DNA of 61,572 nucleotides, filler included, from Candidatus Nezhaarchaeota archaeon WYZ-LMO8 (GTDB lineage Archaea; Thermoproteota; Methanomethylicia; Nezhaarchaeales; WYZ-LMO8), in the NCBI GenBank assembly GCA_004347965.1. It is 16 parts of 16 records of this genome, joined end to end, with 100 filler letters (N's around TTAATTAATTAA, not from the genome) between each part and the next. Parts side by side here need not be neighbours in the genome. Positions count along the whole stretch, not along the records: positions 1 to 4,743 come from QNVF01000060.1; positions 4,844 to 9,379 come from QNVF01000061.1; 14 more parts are not named here. One strand, 5' to 3'. A model generated the notes under the pieces. The model saw only the letters and a list, made by a program, of their open reading frames with translations, had not been told where the DNA came from and ran no database searches. A program made the translations under genes and the position numbers. Shown piece by piece: positions 1 through 9,479 of this stretch. Each line of letters opens with the position of its first letter. The stretch's first letter is position 1.

Positions 1-2
1 TA

Positions 3-890
3 GTCATTAACGGTGCAAAGCGAACATACTACTACTATGTTCCTAGCACATACGACGGGAGCAAGCCAATGCCGCTAGTCTTCGACCTTCATGGGGGATG
101 GTGTAGCGGCTTAGCTCAGTGGGTTGGTACTCGTTCTGATCGTTATGCTGAGAAGGATGGCTTCATCTGTGTTGCTCCAAACTTGTTTGAGACCATGCGG
201 TTTGAAGATGACGTCGCCTTCGTCAATGCTATTATAGATAGAATGAAGTCTCAGTTCAATATAGATGCTAGGCGAATTTATGCATGGGGGGTCTCGGGAG
301 GCGGAGTATTAGCAACATACTTGCTCTATAATATTCCAGATAAGATAGCTGGTGTCGGAATTGTGAGCGCCACTCCACCTTATGAACGCGTAAAGCAATT
401 ACTATCACTAATCGCAGGTGTGGATTTCTTAAATATACGTTTGAAGCGTGGCGAGTTTCCGCCTAAACCGAGAACTATAGTCATGTTCGCTGGGACCAAG
501 GAGTCTATTCTGGGTCCACCGTGGTGGGACTTTGCCTCAGAGATGCTGGAATGCGCTAAGCTTCTCGCACAACATTATAAATGCAATCCAGAGCCTGAAG
601 TGACTAAGTGGCCCTCAACACACTTAGACTTAGATTGCCTACCTTACTGGGTCTCTCGTGAAGATGCCCTCACCATCGCTACGCAGTACCCAACGAGCGT
701 TACTCGATACTGGTGGAGTGGAGGGATCAACGGTGTTGAGGTGATAGCATACGTTATATTGGAAGGAGGCCACGTCTGGCCTGGCGGGACTCAATATGTT
801 ACTATTGGGACCGTAGGTCGTCAAACGTACGTTATAGATGCAACAGATCTTTTATGGAAACATCTGAGTAAACACGTCTTGCCAGGGTAA
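3..890 (+). CDS. LpqC/PHB-depolymerase-like alpha/beta hydrolase (5' truncated)
   Basis: Frame is open to the window start (VINGAKRTYYYYVPSTYDGSKPMPLVFDLHGG); nucleophile elbow WGVSGGG; C-terminal GGHVWPG. Confidence 0.8.
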   Translation, partial: VINGAKRTYYYYVPSTYDGSKPMPLVFDLHGGWCSGLAQWVGTRSDRYAEKDGFICVAPNLFETMRFEDDVAFVNAIIDRMKSQFNIDARRIYAWGVSGGGVLATYLLYNIPDKIAGVGIVSATPPYERVKQLLSLIAGVDFLNIRLKRGEFPPKPRTIVMFAGTKESILGPPWWDFASEMLECAKLLAQHYKCNPEPEVTKWPSTHLDLDCLPYWVSREDALTIATQYPTSVTRYWWSGGINGVEVIAYVILEGGHVWPGGTQYVTIGTVGRQTYVIDATDLLWKHLSKHVLPG

Positions 891-913
891 TGCTGTCTGC
901 TTGTTTAAGAACA

Positions 914-933
914 TCTCTTCTTTTCTTCTTTTT
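914..933 (+). terminator. Pyrimidine/T-rich archaeal terminator-like tract
   Basis: TCTCTTCTTTTCTTCTTTTT shortly after the hydrolase stop codon, between convergent genes. Confidence 0.4.
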
Positions 934-978
934 AATGGCAATCGCTTAGTACGTATTTCGCATTGCTTTAGAAGACCT

Positions 979-2127
979 TCACGTCTTATTTTTAAGTGCA
1001 TATGGAAGTAGGATTAATGCTAAGATTAATGGTAGCACCGGGGATATTGAGAAGGCTACTTGGTAACAACCGGTACTTTCAACTAAGATTCCGAAGAGCG
1101 GGGGGCCGCTCAAGTTTCCCACGTCGAGGCCCATGGTGTATATGCTTGATAGAAAACCTCTACTATTTGCTGGAGCTTTGGCAAGTGCAAGTGTCTGTGA
1201 TGATGGAATGTGTATTCCTGAGCCCAAGCCAAGTATGAGCGAGGCTATGTAGAGGAGCGGTGGCACTTCAAAGAGGTACACAGCAAAGAATGCTACTGAA
1301 ATCACGAAGAGCCCCATAGACGTCGTGAGGCATGGCCTTACGTCTGCTGCTCTTCCAGCAAAAACCCTAATCATCAAACTTGTTGCAGCTTGAATAGTCA
1401 CGAAAAGCCCTATTTCAAGATCTCCATAATTCTGAAGCTTTAAGTATGCAGATAAGAACGTCAGTAGACCCATCCACGCAACCGAGTAAATCATTAGGCT
1501 CACGAAAGCGAGGATGAAGCGAAGGCTTCTTAGTCCCACTAGGTATTCCTTAGTGAGCTTGGGGGGTACAGAATGAGGAGCTTCCTTGCATGACATTATG
1601 AGGGGGATGATGGTAAGCACAAGTAGTGCTGTAATCATAAAAGTGTTATTGTAGCCCAAGACCTCTGACATAAACCCTCCTAGAGCAGGTCCTAGTGAGA
1701 AGCCGGCTCCTATCGTTAAGCTCCTCCAACCTAAGAACTCTCCCACCCTCCCTTGAGGAGCATAGTCTATTGCGCTAGCAATTGATGACGGAATGAATAG
1801 AGCTACAGCTACACCCTCAAGTAATCTTGAGATGATTATAGTGTCTACACTCCTCGATAAGGCTAGCACGATGTAGGATGCAGAGACCAGTGCTATCCCG
1901 ATAACCATGAGGTTCTTTCTCGACCACTTATCGCTCAATAACCCTCCTATGGGCCTAAACGTTATGGCAGTTACTGAGATACTCGAAGACGCTAGACCTA
2001 TCATGAAAGGCTGGATGCCCATAGCCACTGCGTATCTTGGTATGAGTGGGACTACCACTTGAACGAAGGTAAAGAAGAGCATTGTAGCAATGTTGAGGCG
2101 CCAATTATATGAGATCATGTCAATCAC
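979..2127 (-). CDS. MFS transporter
   Basis: About 12 hydrophobic segments; motif A GGLLSDKWSRK. Confidence 0.9.
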   Translation of the reverse strand: MIDMISYNWRLNIATMLFFTFVQVVVPLIPRYAVAMGIQPFMIGLASSSISVTAITFRPIGGLLSDKWSRKNLMVIGIALVSASYIVLALSRSVDTIIISRLLEGVAVALFIPSSIASAIDYAPQGRVGEFLGWRSLTIGAGFSLGPALGGFMSEVLGYNNTFMITALLVLTIIPLIMSCKEAPHSVPPKLTKEYLVGLRSLRFILAFVSLMIYSVAWMGLLTFLSAYLKLQNYGDLEIGLFVTIQAATSLMIRVFAGRAADVRPCLTTSMGLFVISVAFFAVYLFEVPPLLYIASLILGLGSGIHIPSSQTLALAKAPANSRGFLSSIYTMGLDVGNLSGPPLFGILVESTGCYQVAFSISPVLPLILALILLPYALKNKT

Positions 2128-2263
2128 TTATCGAAGCTCTAGACCGTAGTTTACCTGCTTCGTTTTTCGATACGAGTATTTAAAACTTGACTTGAGAGTG
2201 ACTATGAGAATGCGTAAGGAATTAGCTTTATAGCCCTGTCATCCTAACCCCCTCTGGGGTGCA

Positions 2264-3493
2264 TTGAGTGTGGAAAGGATAACCATGATCAACTCAATAG
2301 TGGAGATGGACGGGGACGAGATGGCTAGAGTCGTGTGGCGATGGGTCAAGGAGAGGCTCATCGAGCCCTACGTTGAGCTTAAGGTCGAGTACTACGACCT
2401 GCACTTGAAGGTCAGGGATGAAACCAATGACGAGGTCACCGTTAGGGCTGCCGAAGCGATCAAGAGGTGGGGCGTTGGAGTTAAGTGCGCTACGATTACT
2501 CCGAACGCCGAGAGAGTTAGAGAGTACAACTTAAAGAGGGAGTGGAGGAGCCCTAACGCGACGATAAGGGAGATATTGGACGGAACGATATTCAGGGCCC
2601 CGATAATGGTCAAGAACATAGCTCCAGCCGTCAGGTTCTGGAGGAAGCCGATAGTCGTAGCTCGCCACGCCTTCGGCGACATATACTCCGGAGTCGGAAT
2701 TAGGTTTGAAGAGGCTGGTGAGGCTGAGGTAGTCTTCAGATCCTCATCAGGCAAGGAGCTTAGAGCCAAGCTACCCAAGCTTACAGGCCCGGGGGTCCTG
2801 CAAGCATACTACAACCTAGATAAGTCGATAGAGTCCTTCGCCAGGTCGTCCTTCAAGTATGCTCTTATCAACAACTTGGACGTCTGGTTCGCAGCTAAGG
2901 AGACGATATCGAAGGTCTACGACGCCAGGTTCAAGGAGGTCTTCCACGAGGTCTACGAGAGGGAGTTCAAGGAGGAGTTCGAGAGGAGAGGGTTGAAGTA
3001 CGAGTACTACCTGATAGATGACGCCTACTCTAGAGCTATGAGGTCTGAAGGGGGCTTCGTGTGGGCAACCAAGAACTACGATGGAGACGTGCTCTCAGAC
3101 ATGGTTGCATCTGCTTTTTCGGGCTCCCTAGCAATGATGACCTCAGAGCTCATGTCCCCTGAAGGGCACTACATGTCTGAAGCAGCCCACGGAACGGTTC
3201 AGAGACACTACTATCGATACCTCAAAGGTGAGAAGACGTCCACGAACCCTACAGCGATAATATTCGCTTGGTCCAAGGCCCTCAGGAGGAGGGGGGAGAT
3301 GGATGGGCTCAGGGACCTCATCACTTTCGCGGAAGCACTTGAAGCGGCAACTAAGCTCACCATAGAGGACGGAATGGTAACTCAAGACTTAGCAAGGGTA
3401 TGCGAAGGGCCCGTGAAAGCTATCCTAACGACCGAGGAGTTCATAGAGGCAGTCAGGAGCAAGCTAAATGCCCTCTTACCCCATCGACGATGA
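2264..3493 (+). CDS. icd: NADP-dependent isocitrate dehydrogenase (subfamily II, eukaryote/Thermotoga-like)
   Basis: VEMDGDEM, KCATITP, WRSPNATIR, NYDGDV and EAAHGTVQRHY motifs. Confidence 0.93.
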   Translation: MSVERITMINSIVEMDGDEMARVVWRWVKERLIEPYVELKVEYYDLHLKVRDETNDEVTVRAAEAIKRWGVGVKCATITPNAERVREYNLKREWRSPNATIREILDGTIFRAPIMVKNIAPAVRFWRKPIVVARHAFGDIYSGVGIRFEEAGEAEVVFRSSSGKELRAKLPKLTGPGVLQAYYNLDKSIESFARSSFKYALINNLDVWFAAKETISKVYDARFKEVFHEVYEREFKEEFERRGLKYEYYLIDDAYSRAMRSEGGFVWATKNYDGDVLSDMVASAFSGSLAMMTSELMSPEGHYMSEAAHGTVQRHYYRYLKGEKTSTNPTAIIFAWSKALRRRGEMDGLRDLITFAEALEAATKLTIEDGMVTQDLARVCEGPVKAILTTEEFIEAVRSKLNALLPHRR

Positions 3494-3970
3494 GGATGTC
3501 ACCCACCTCCAAAAGAGAGGACACGATTATTTCTGCAAAAGCCTTGTACTCTCCACCTCTTCCCTAACTTTTCAGCTGACCCCTCTATGCCCTAAAGGGC
3601 GACAAACCAGCAGTGGAGATGTCAGGAAATTTCGTAGCGACTCGAGTTTGGCTCATCTTCTAGAGAGCGACCTCGACAAGTATTCCTTATCTTTATCCTC
3701 TTTAGGCTTTTTTCCCTGTTAATCAATGGGCACAGATCTCTAGGCATTAATAGCATCGAGGACCTAGCTACTTAGCTTGGAGAAGCAAGCCTCTTGATAG
3801 GTGATCCGGAGGAGTGGTTTGGTGAGCGCGGTTTAGAGAGCCTATGAACTGAAGCATAACGACAATGGAGCCTCGCCTTTCTATACAGCACGGGTGGGAA
3901 TCCCCGTTACAGCACTACGATCGAAGAAAGTTGGCATCACATAAAAAGGTGTGTAAAGAAGGAGAAGGAC

Positions 3971-4258
3971 CTATATCGTCTCTATCGTTACGCTCAAGGT
4001 TTCGCCCTTCTTGATGTCTTCGCTTGCCTTAACCTTCTTCGACATGTCAGAGTACTTCGTTATCGCCCAGAGACTCGTTTTCTCACCCTTCTTCTTGGTG
4101 GTGTCAGCAGTGGTCTCAATTGTGCCGAGCTTAGCCACAGTAATCTTCAGCTTTGTCTTGTCCCTCTCAACGTCGACATCGACGGTAAACTCCTTCGTCC
4201 TCTCTGAGTAGGAGATCAGCTCAGTCGTGTCAATGAGGTTACTGTAGCATCCTTGGTC
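3971..4258 (-). CDS. Unannotated 95-codon open frame (Lys/Thr/Glu-rich small protein), no canonical start at its 5' end
   Basis: Stop-to-stop frame ...NLIDTTELISYSERTKEFTVDVDVERDKTKLKITVAKLGTIETTADTTKKKGEKTSLWAITKYSDMSKKVKASEDIKKGETLSVTIETI*; coding-like codon bias; TATA-like TTTAAATTTAA upstream. Confidence 0.5.
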   Translation of the reverse strand, partial: DQGCYSNLIDTTELISYSERTKEFTVDVDVERDKTKLKITVAKLGTIETTADTTKKKGEKTSLWAITKYSDMSKKVKASEDIKKGETLSVTIETI

Positions 4259-4300
4259 TTATAGTTTGAAATCGCATTCTTAAATTTAAACTATTCAACT

Positions 4301-4743
4301 TTAGCATTGCGCATGCCTTGCTTGCAATTTGTTCACAAGTTGACTTCTATAGAATGATCTGCTTCCCGTAAGAAAATAGCTGACAGCAGCGGAAACGATG
4401 GCGGGGATTATAAAGCTCGAGCCCATGGTTTCGGCAACCAGAGCTATACTCGTCAGAAGGCTCTTGCTCGTCGCAGCCAGCACTGCAGCCATTGATAATA
4501 TGGCATATAGAACAGGCGCCTCAAGGTTCAAAGTTTGTGCGTAAATGAGCCCAAGTGCGCCGCCAACATAAAGCGACGGAATGAATAGCCCCCCGCTTCC
4601 ACCGAAATTCAGTGTTAAGCTTGTGGCTACAATTTTTAAAATTAAAAGTGCAGTCAAGTCTGTCAAAGTTAATTCTCCTAATTTGGCTGTTGTGATCTTG
4701 TGGATGAAATCGTAACCTAGCCCAAGCGCTTCAGGGTAGAACA
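4301..4743 (-). CDS. ClC-family chloride channel/antiporter, C-terminal part (5' truncated by contig end)
   Basis: LKIVATSLTLNFGGSGGLFIPSL ClC signature. Confidence 0.85.
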
Positions 4744-4843
4744 NNNNNNNNNNNNNNNNNNNNNNNNNNNNNNNNNNNNNNNNNNNNTTAATTAATTAAN
4801 NNNNNNNNNNNNNNNNNNNNNNNNNNNNNNNNNNNNNNNNNNN
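4744..4843. other. Artificial contig linker (N-run/TTAATTAATTAA/N-run); first of 15
   Basis: Same 100-nt linker also starts at 9380, 13722, 17684, 21594, 25466, 29291, 33105, 36905, 40608, 44240, 47804, 51367, 54907 and 58334; it has stops in all six frames. Confidence 0.98.
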
Positions 4844-5167
4844 CATCACTTCTACCCAATACTTCGAGGCATCTCTTAGCACGACGCTTTGCTGAATCCT
4901 CTCTTCGAGCTCTCTAGGGGTTAGTGGTATTGCCTCTATGAATGGGGTTATGCCGGCCTTCCACTGCAACCTGTTTATCAAGTCCAGTCTCTCGGTGAAC
5001 GACATTCCTTCGAAGTTCCTTGACACGACTACTAGATCTATGTCGCTCGTCTTAATCCAAGAACCCTTAACGTAGCTCCCAAACAAGTACGCTCTCTCAA
5101 CAGCCACCCCCTCTTTCGAGAGCTCTTCTAGGAGCCTCTTAACAGCTTCAACTATGTTTCCAGGCAT
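4844..5167 (-). CDS. Minimal nucleotidyltransferase (MNT), HEPN-MNT pair
   Basis: YLFGSYVKG...SDIDLVVVS polymerase-beta motif; overlaps the HEPN gene; runs to the contig end. Confidence 0.88.
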
Positions 5168-5552
5168 GCTCTTCAACAGCTTTCACCACGCTACAAGCAA
5201 GGTTGTACGCCCTTTCAGCCTCCACCCTGTCAACGGCTTCGCTTGGAAGCCCATTAGCTGCATCAGGGTATCTCGTTATCGTGTAGTACTTGTTCAATAT
5301 GTATAGCTGCTCCTCGAGCTCTTGTGGAAGCGTAAAGCCCACTTCCTTCAGGAGCCTGTAAAGCTCGGTCACTGTGTGTATGTGTGGTGGCTCCTCCCTA
5401 CGAACTACGAAGAACATGGCCTTCAAGGCCTTCTCGACTGCTTGCTGAGAGAAGAAAGCAGCTCTAAACCACCTACCCCTCTGAATAGCGTCACCCGCAT
5501 CAACAAGGTCTTCGTGAGCAGCTTCAATCCAAAGCCTAACCTCTCTTCGCAT
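5148..5552 (-). CDS. HEPN domain protein
   Basis: AAFFSQQAVEKALKA, HIHTV and YTITRYPD motifs. Confidence 0.9.
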   Translation of the reverse strand: MRREVRLWIEAAHEDLVDAGDAIQRGRWFRAAFFSQQAVEKALKAMFFVVRREEPPHIHTVTELYRLLKEVGFTLPQELEEQLYILNKYYTITRYPDAANGLPSEAVDRVEAERAYNLACSVVKAVEEHAWKHS

Positions 5553-5871
5553 CGTCCTCCACTCTAAATGAAACCTCAACCATTATAAAGCCTACCATTA
5601 TCGAGGACCTCAATAATCACCTACACCAATTCCAGGACATCTTCTCGAACCTTAATTATAGAAGAACGAGTTGGTGTAGTCAATGCTAGCAAACTTCTCC
5701 ACGTCTATTATGCTTTTCAATTCTCTTATAACAAGGCTCTGAGCATTACCTTATGTTTCTCTCTATTCTTTCAGAGTTTTCTGATTACGGTGACATTACA
5801 GTTGCGTTTAATCTGCGCTCGCTCTACATGAAATTCCCGAAGCATCATTGACGTGGGGTTCTCATAAAGAT

Positions 5872-6114
5872 TCATGCTTCACCGCATATTTTCATGAAGC
5901 CACAGTTTCTGCGCTTCTTATAATTTCCTCTTGGGAGTTTCTCTCCTTCAATTATCGACTTTATTCTCGAGATTACGTAGAGAACGTGTCTTCTTAATTC
6001 GTCTGTCAACGGTATTTCAAACGTTTTATTGCCTTTTAGATACTTTATCACCACTTTCTTCACAAGCTTGCCTATCTTCTCCTCGACTAACATGGTGTAG
6101 GCTATCGCTTGACC
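5872..6114 (-). pseudogene. cas4: cas4 C-terminal remnant
   Basis: GQAIAY (QxxxY motif) and KKRRNCGFMKIC (CxxC...C cluster with the first Cys lost); in-frame stop just upstream; abuts CRISPR repeats. Confidence 0.7.
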
Positions 6115-6123
6115 CTAATCAAT

Positions 6124-6285
6124 CTCTCTACTCCCTTAAGGAATCTTCAGCAAGACGTTAAAAGGATGCATCGAGATGCTTAAGCAACCTTTCTTTCTAC
6201 CCCTTAAGGGATCTTCGATATTCTTAGTGATAGTAATAGTGATGATGTCGGTAATAATCTTTCTACTCCCTTAAGAGGTAGAAAG
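6124..6285 (-). CRISPR. Degenerate mini-CRISPR array: 3 repeats, 2 spacers
   Basis: Repeats close to CTTTCTACTCCCTTAAGGAATCTTC at 6124-6148, 6193-6216 and 6259-6275 (partial); spacers of 44 and 42 nt; the reverse complement ends in GAAAG as in crenarchaeal repeats. Confidence 0.75.
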
Positions 6286-6731
6286 CTGAGCTTGAAGTCG
6301 TTGCTCTCCTCTTTGCGCGCACTTAAGAGGGGCTCAATGTACCTCTAGGAATCCTTGGATTAATATTGTTTGGGTGCTTAGAGATCGGTGAGCAATAACA
6401 TTTTTGAGTGCCTACGAGAAAGGGAGCAATTCTCAAAGGTCTATAAGGAGTATAGCTTGAGGGGCTCTATCTTCTTGTAGAGGGTGTACGCATCATAGAG
6501 GTATAGGCTTTGGGCCGCTGAGCTCTTCACAGGGCTTCTTAAATGAGGGGCTCGCAACAAACCAGATAAGGTCTTAGAGAGAAGGGCAAGCTCATCACAC
6601 GTACGCGACGGAGCGTTCGCCAGTCACAGCAATCTTGATTAGTCATGCTCTTCTTGACAAAGGCTTTAAGAGACCAATTCAATCATCACGGATTTGGGAG
6701 GGCATATCTCCGATGAGCTCGTGACCGACTA

Positions 6732-7163
6732 TCAGTCTAGTATCCTGGCCTCTCTTAGCTCCCTCTCTATCAAGTTCACGTACCTTCTTACAGCTGAGAG
6801 GACTTCGGTAGCGTAGTCCCTGCTAAAGGCTTTCGATGCAGGTATCCCTTCCCTCTCGTAGCCGTAGAGGGCTGGACCTCTTATCGATGCTAGCTGAGAG
6901 ACAAGCTTAGCTAAGTCTTCGACTTCGCTTCTCAAGTTCTCTGGTAGTGCATCTCCATGATCTATGAGGACGTCGCTGACGTCGTGACTTCGAGGATACT
7001 CTATTCCAAGGGCCCTCAGTAGAGCCTTAACAGCCATTTCAAGCGCCTCCTGGCTCCTCCTAATGGAGGTTGCGTTGTCCCCTTCTACTAGAGCCATTTC
7101 AGCTTCCCTTAGGAAGCGCTTCGCTCTCATCATGTAGTCTCTCGCCATCTCTATGTTTATCAC
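6732..7163 (-). CDS. HEPN domain protein
   Basis: SQEALEMAVKALL...YPRSHDV; 4-nt overlap with the upstream MNT. Confidence 0.88.
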   Translation of the reverse strand: MINIEMARDYMMRAKRFLREAEMALVEGDNATSIRRSQEALEMAVKALLRALGIEYPRSHDVSDVLIDHGDALPENLRSEVEDLAKLVSQLASIRGPALYGYEREGIPASKAFSRDYATEVLSAVRRYVNLIERELREARILD

Positions 7164-7672
7164 ACTTTGATCACCTCACCCAACCTTGCTCCTGGCTTTA
7201 AGATCCAGTACCAGCCATGCTTGCTCTTCACCCTAATCGCTTTAAGTTCTCTAAGCCTCTCCTTGAGTCTCTCGAGCTCTTGAGCTAGGAAGCCGCCTTC
7301 ATCGATCAACGGAACGCCATCAATCACCAGGTCTAAGAGTATTGGAGGATGCCTTTGGACCTCCTCCGGCGTTAGCAGGACGTCGGATATCGTCGTCGGA
7401 AGACCCTTCTTCCTCAACGTCCTCCTCAAGTCCCAACTCCTCTTCCTAAGAAGCTCCTTTAGGCTCGAAGAGAGCTTAAGCCTCTTGCCCACATCCTCTT
7501 CAAGCCCTTTAACGACGACCAATAAGTCCACGTCGCTCTCCTCAGAGGCTTCGCTTCGCGCTACGCTGCCAAAGACGTATACTGAGACCAAATCGTCCTT
7601 AAAGAATTCCCTAAGTATTTCGAGGTAGAGATCTAGATACCTTTTAAGGTCTTCATTGAGTATCGAGGTCAT
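7160..7672 (-). CDS. Nucleotidyltransferase (MNT) domain protein
   Basis: YVFGSVARSEA..SDVDLLVV; C-terminal WYWILKP typical of archaeal MNTs. Confidence 0.88.
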   Translation of the reverse strand: MTSILNEDLKRYLDLYLEILREFFKDDLVSVYVFGSVARSEASEESDVDLLVVVKGLEEDVGKRLKLSSSLKELLRKRSWDLRRTLRKKGLPTTISDVLLTPEEVQRHPPILLDLVIDGVPLIDEGGFLAQELERLKERLRELKAIRVKSKHGWYWILKPGARLGEVIKV

Positions 7673-7803
7673 TAAGCCCTTCCAATAAATGGAGGCATAG
7701 AGTTGAAATAAGTATTACTCCTCGAACTTTTCGTGATATAGTGGTTAAAGGCATGGGTCATTAAGGACGTGCACAATGGAATAGTACGACGCCACCTCTA
7801 CCC

Positions 7804-8072
7804 CACTTCTACCAAATACTTCGAGACGTCTCTTAGCACGACCTTCGTTGAACCATCTCTTCGATCTCTTTAGGGGTCAGCGGGATTGCCTCTATGAATG
7901 GGGTTATGCCGGCTCTCACTGCAATCTATTTATCAAGTCCAGTCTCTCGGTGAACGACATTCCCTCAAAGTCTCTCGACACGACTACTAGATCTATGTCG
8001 CTCGTCTTAATCCAAGAACCCTTAACGTAGCTCCCAAACAAGTACGCTCTCTCAACAACTATCCCATATTTC
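7804..8072 (-). pseudogene. Frameshifted partial duplicate of the MNT gene at 4844-5167
   Basis: Long near-identical tracts, e.g. GACACGACTACTAGATCTATGTCGCTCGTCTTAATCCAAGAACCCTTAACGTAGCTCCCAAACAAGTACGCTCTCTCAACA, shared with ~4847-5105; contains indels and has no intact ORF. Confidence 0.85.
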
Positions 8073-8112
8073 GAGAACGGAGTTCTATGCACTTGACGAA
8101 CTCTACGAGAAG

Positions 8113-8508
8113 CTACGTGGGGAGCTCGGAAGTCGAAATGGTGCTTACGTGTTTCCTAGCTATATCGATTAGCTTGCTGTCATCGGTTACGAGCGTCAGC
8201 TTATCAGTCATCGCGATGTACAAGTAAGATGCATCGTAGACGGTTACGCCCTCCCTCACCGCCAAGTTGAAGACCTCCTCCTCAAGACCCCTTATGTTCT
8301 TCAACTCTAGAACGCTAAAAACCTTGGATAGGAGCTTTACCCACTTGTAGGCCGTTTCTACACGTACCCTCTTAAGTAGGAGACACTCCTTCCAGACAGC
8401 GTTAATGGTCTCGTAGGCAGCTAGGTCTAGCGTAGCCCCCTTTGCAAAGGCTTTAAACCTCCCTCTCTTCACGAGGTTCATGATTGCACTCGCATCGAAG
8501 AGATACAT
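8113..8508 (-). CDS. vapC: VapC-type PIN toxin
   Basis: YLFDASA, YETINAVWK, TVYDASY and LVTDD motifs. Confidence 0.9.
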   Translation of the reverse strand: MYLFDASAIMNLVKRGRFKAFAKGATLDLAAYETINAVWKECLLLKRVRVETAYKWVKLLSKVFSVLELKNIRGLEEEVFNLAVREGVTVYDASYLYIAMTDKLTLVTDDSKLIDIARKHVSTISTSELPT

Positions 8509-8510
8509 GG

Positions 8511-8738
8511 CTACCTGCCCTCCCTGTCCTCCCGTATCAACTTGACGACCTCCTCGTCGCTCACCTTGGATATTTCCTCACCCATCTCCTTGTATAGGTC
8601 CTCAAGCTCCTCGATCATCTTCTTCTTGACCTCCTCTTCAAGATATCTCCTAATGATCGGTCCAACTTCCAGCTTGTACTTATCTAAAAGCTCCTTCAAC
8701 CTCCTTGGAATCTTCGCAGATACGGTGACGTAGCCCAC
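8511..8738 (-). CDS. vapB: VapB-type (RHH-like) antitoxin
   Basis: 75 aa; VTVSAKIPRRLKELL; ends LIREDRE; 2 nt upstream of the PIN gene. Confidence 0.8.
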   Translation of the reverse strand: MGYVTVSAKIPRRLKELLDKYKLEVGPIIRRYLEEEVKKKMIEELEDLYKEMGEEISKVSDEEVVKLIREDREGR

Positions 8739-9479
8739 TTAGAGCCACCGAGTTTTTAAGTCAAGTAGACTCATATAAGGTTTACCTAAAATTGGTCTAC
8801 CACATCTTGGACATGAGGGATCTCACAGAGGGATTGAGAATAAGGCTTTTGCACTGCTTTCTTCAACGATGATCGCTAAGTGGTTACCATGTTAGCTTGA
8901 GGGTTAACTTAAAACCATGTCTTCGTGAGGTCCTAGTTAAGCTCTCTTACCTAAACTCTCTTTAGAGCGCCGTTTAGACCGATGGTTGAGGTGGAGGTTA
9001 CTTGGGCTGAAGTTAATTGTAGAGACCTAGCAAGAGAGTCTTTGTAGCAGTAGATGGCCTTAGGGCTCGCTGTTCGAGAGGCTCAAGGGATAAGGGGATG
9101 ATCGAGAAGATTGGTGAGAGAGCAATTAGAGTCGTAAAGGGATGAGGGATGAAGAGAAGGAAGGGAGGCGATCTTAAGGATATGCTTGAAGCTGTTGGAG
9201 AATTAAAGATTGTTCCTGACTTCCCACACTTTGTGATGCTCTTTCTAAATAAGGGGTTGCTGGTCATAATGGATGAGAGGCTCTCCACGTAAGCTGGAGG
9301 ATGAGTATCTAGCTTCAAGGAGCTTGTAAATGGCTGAATTCTACGAAGCGTAGTTAAGAGAGCTGAGGTTTGTATAGGGNNNNNNNNNNNNNNNNNNNNN
9401 NNNNNNNNNNNNNNNNNNNNNNNTTAATTAATTAANNNNNNNNNNNNNNNNNNNNNNNNNNNNNNNNNNNNNNNNNNNN

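Noticed and set aside
4011..4211. Plus-strand 66-aa hydrophobic ORF
   Set aside because: Antisense shadow of the better coding-like minus-strand frame at 3971-4258.
5600..5860. Possible cas2 remnant downstream of cas4 (IRELKSIIDVEK...)
   Set aside because: Only a short, stop-interrupted resemblance; not enough to call.
8765..8800. GTAGAC...GTCTAC inverted hexamers before vapB, and TAACTT-AA-AAGTTA (40309-40322) before abrB
   Set aside because: Could be antitoxin operators, but too short to distinguish from chance.
8980..9340. Minus-strand ORF 9013-9318 and purine-rich plus-strand fragments
   Set aside because: The minus ORF looks like an antisense shadow. The plus strand may be a decayed gene, but it has stops and no recognisable family.
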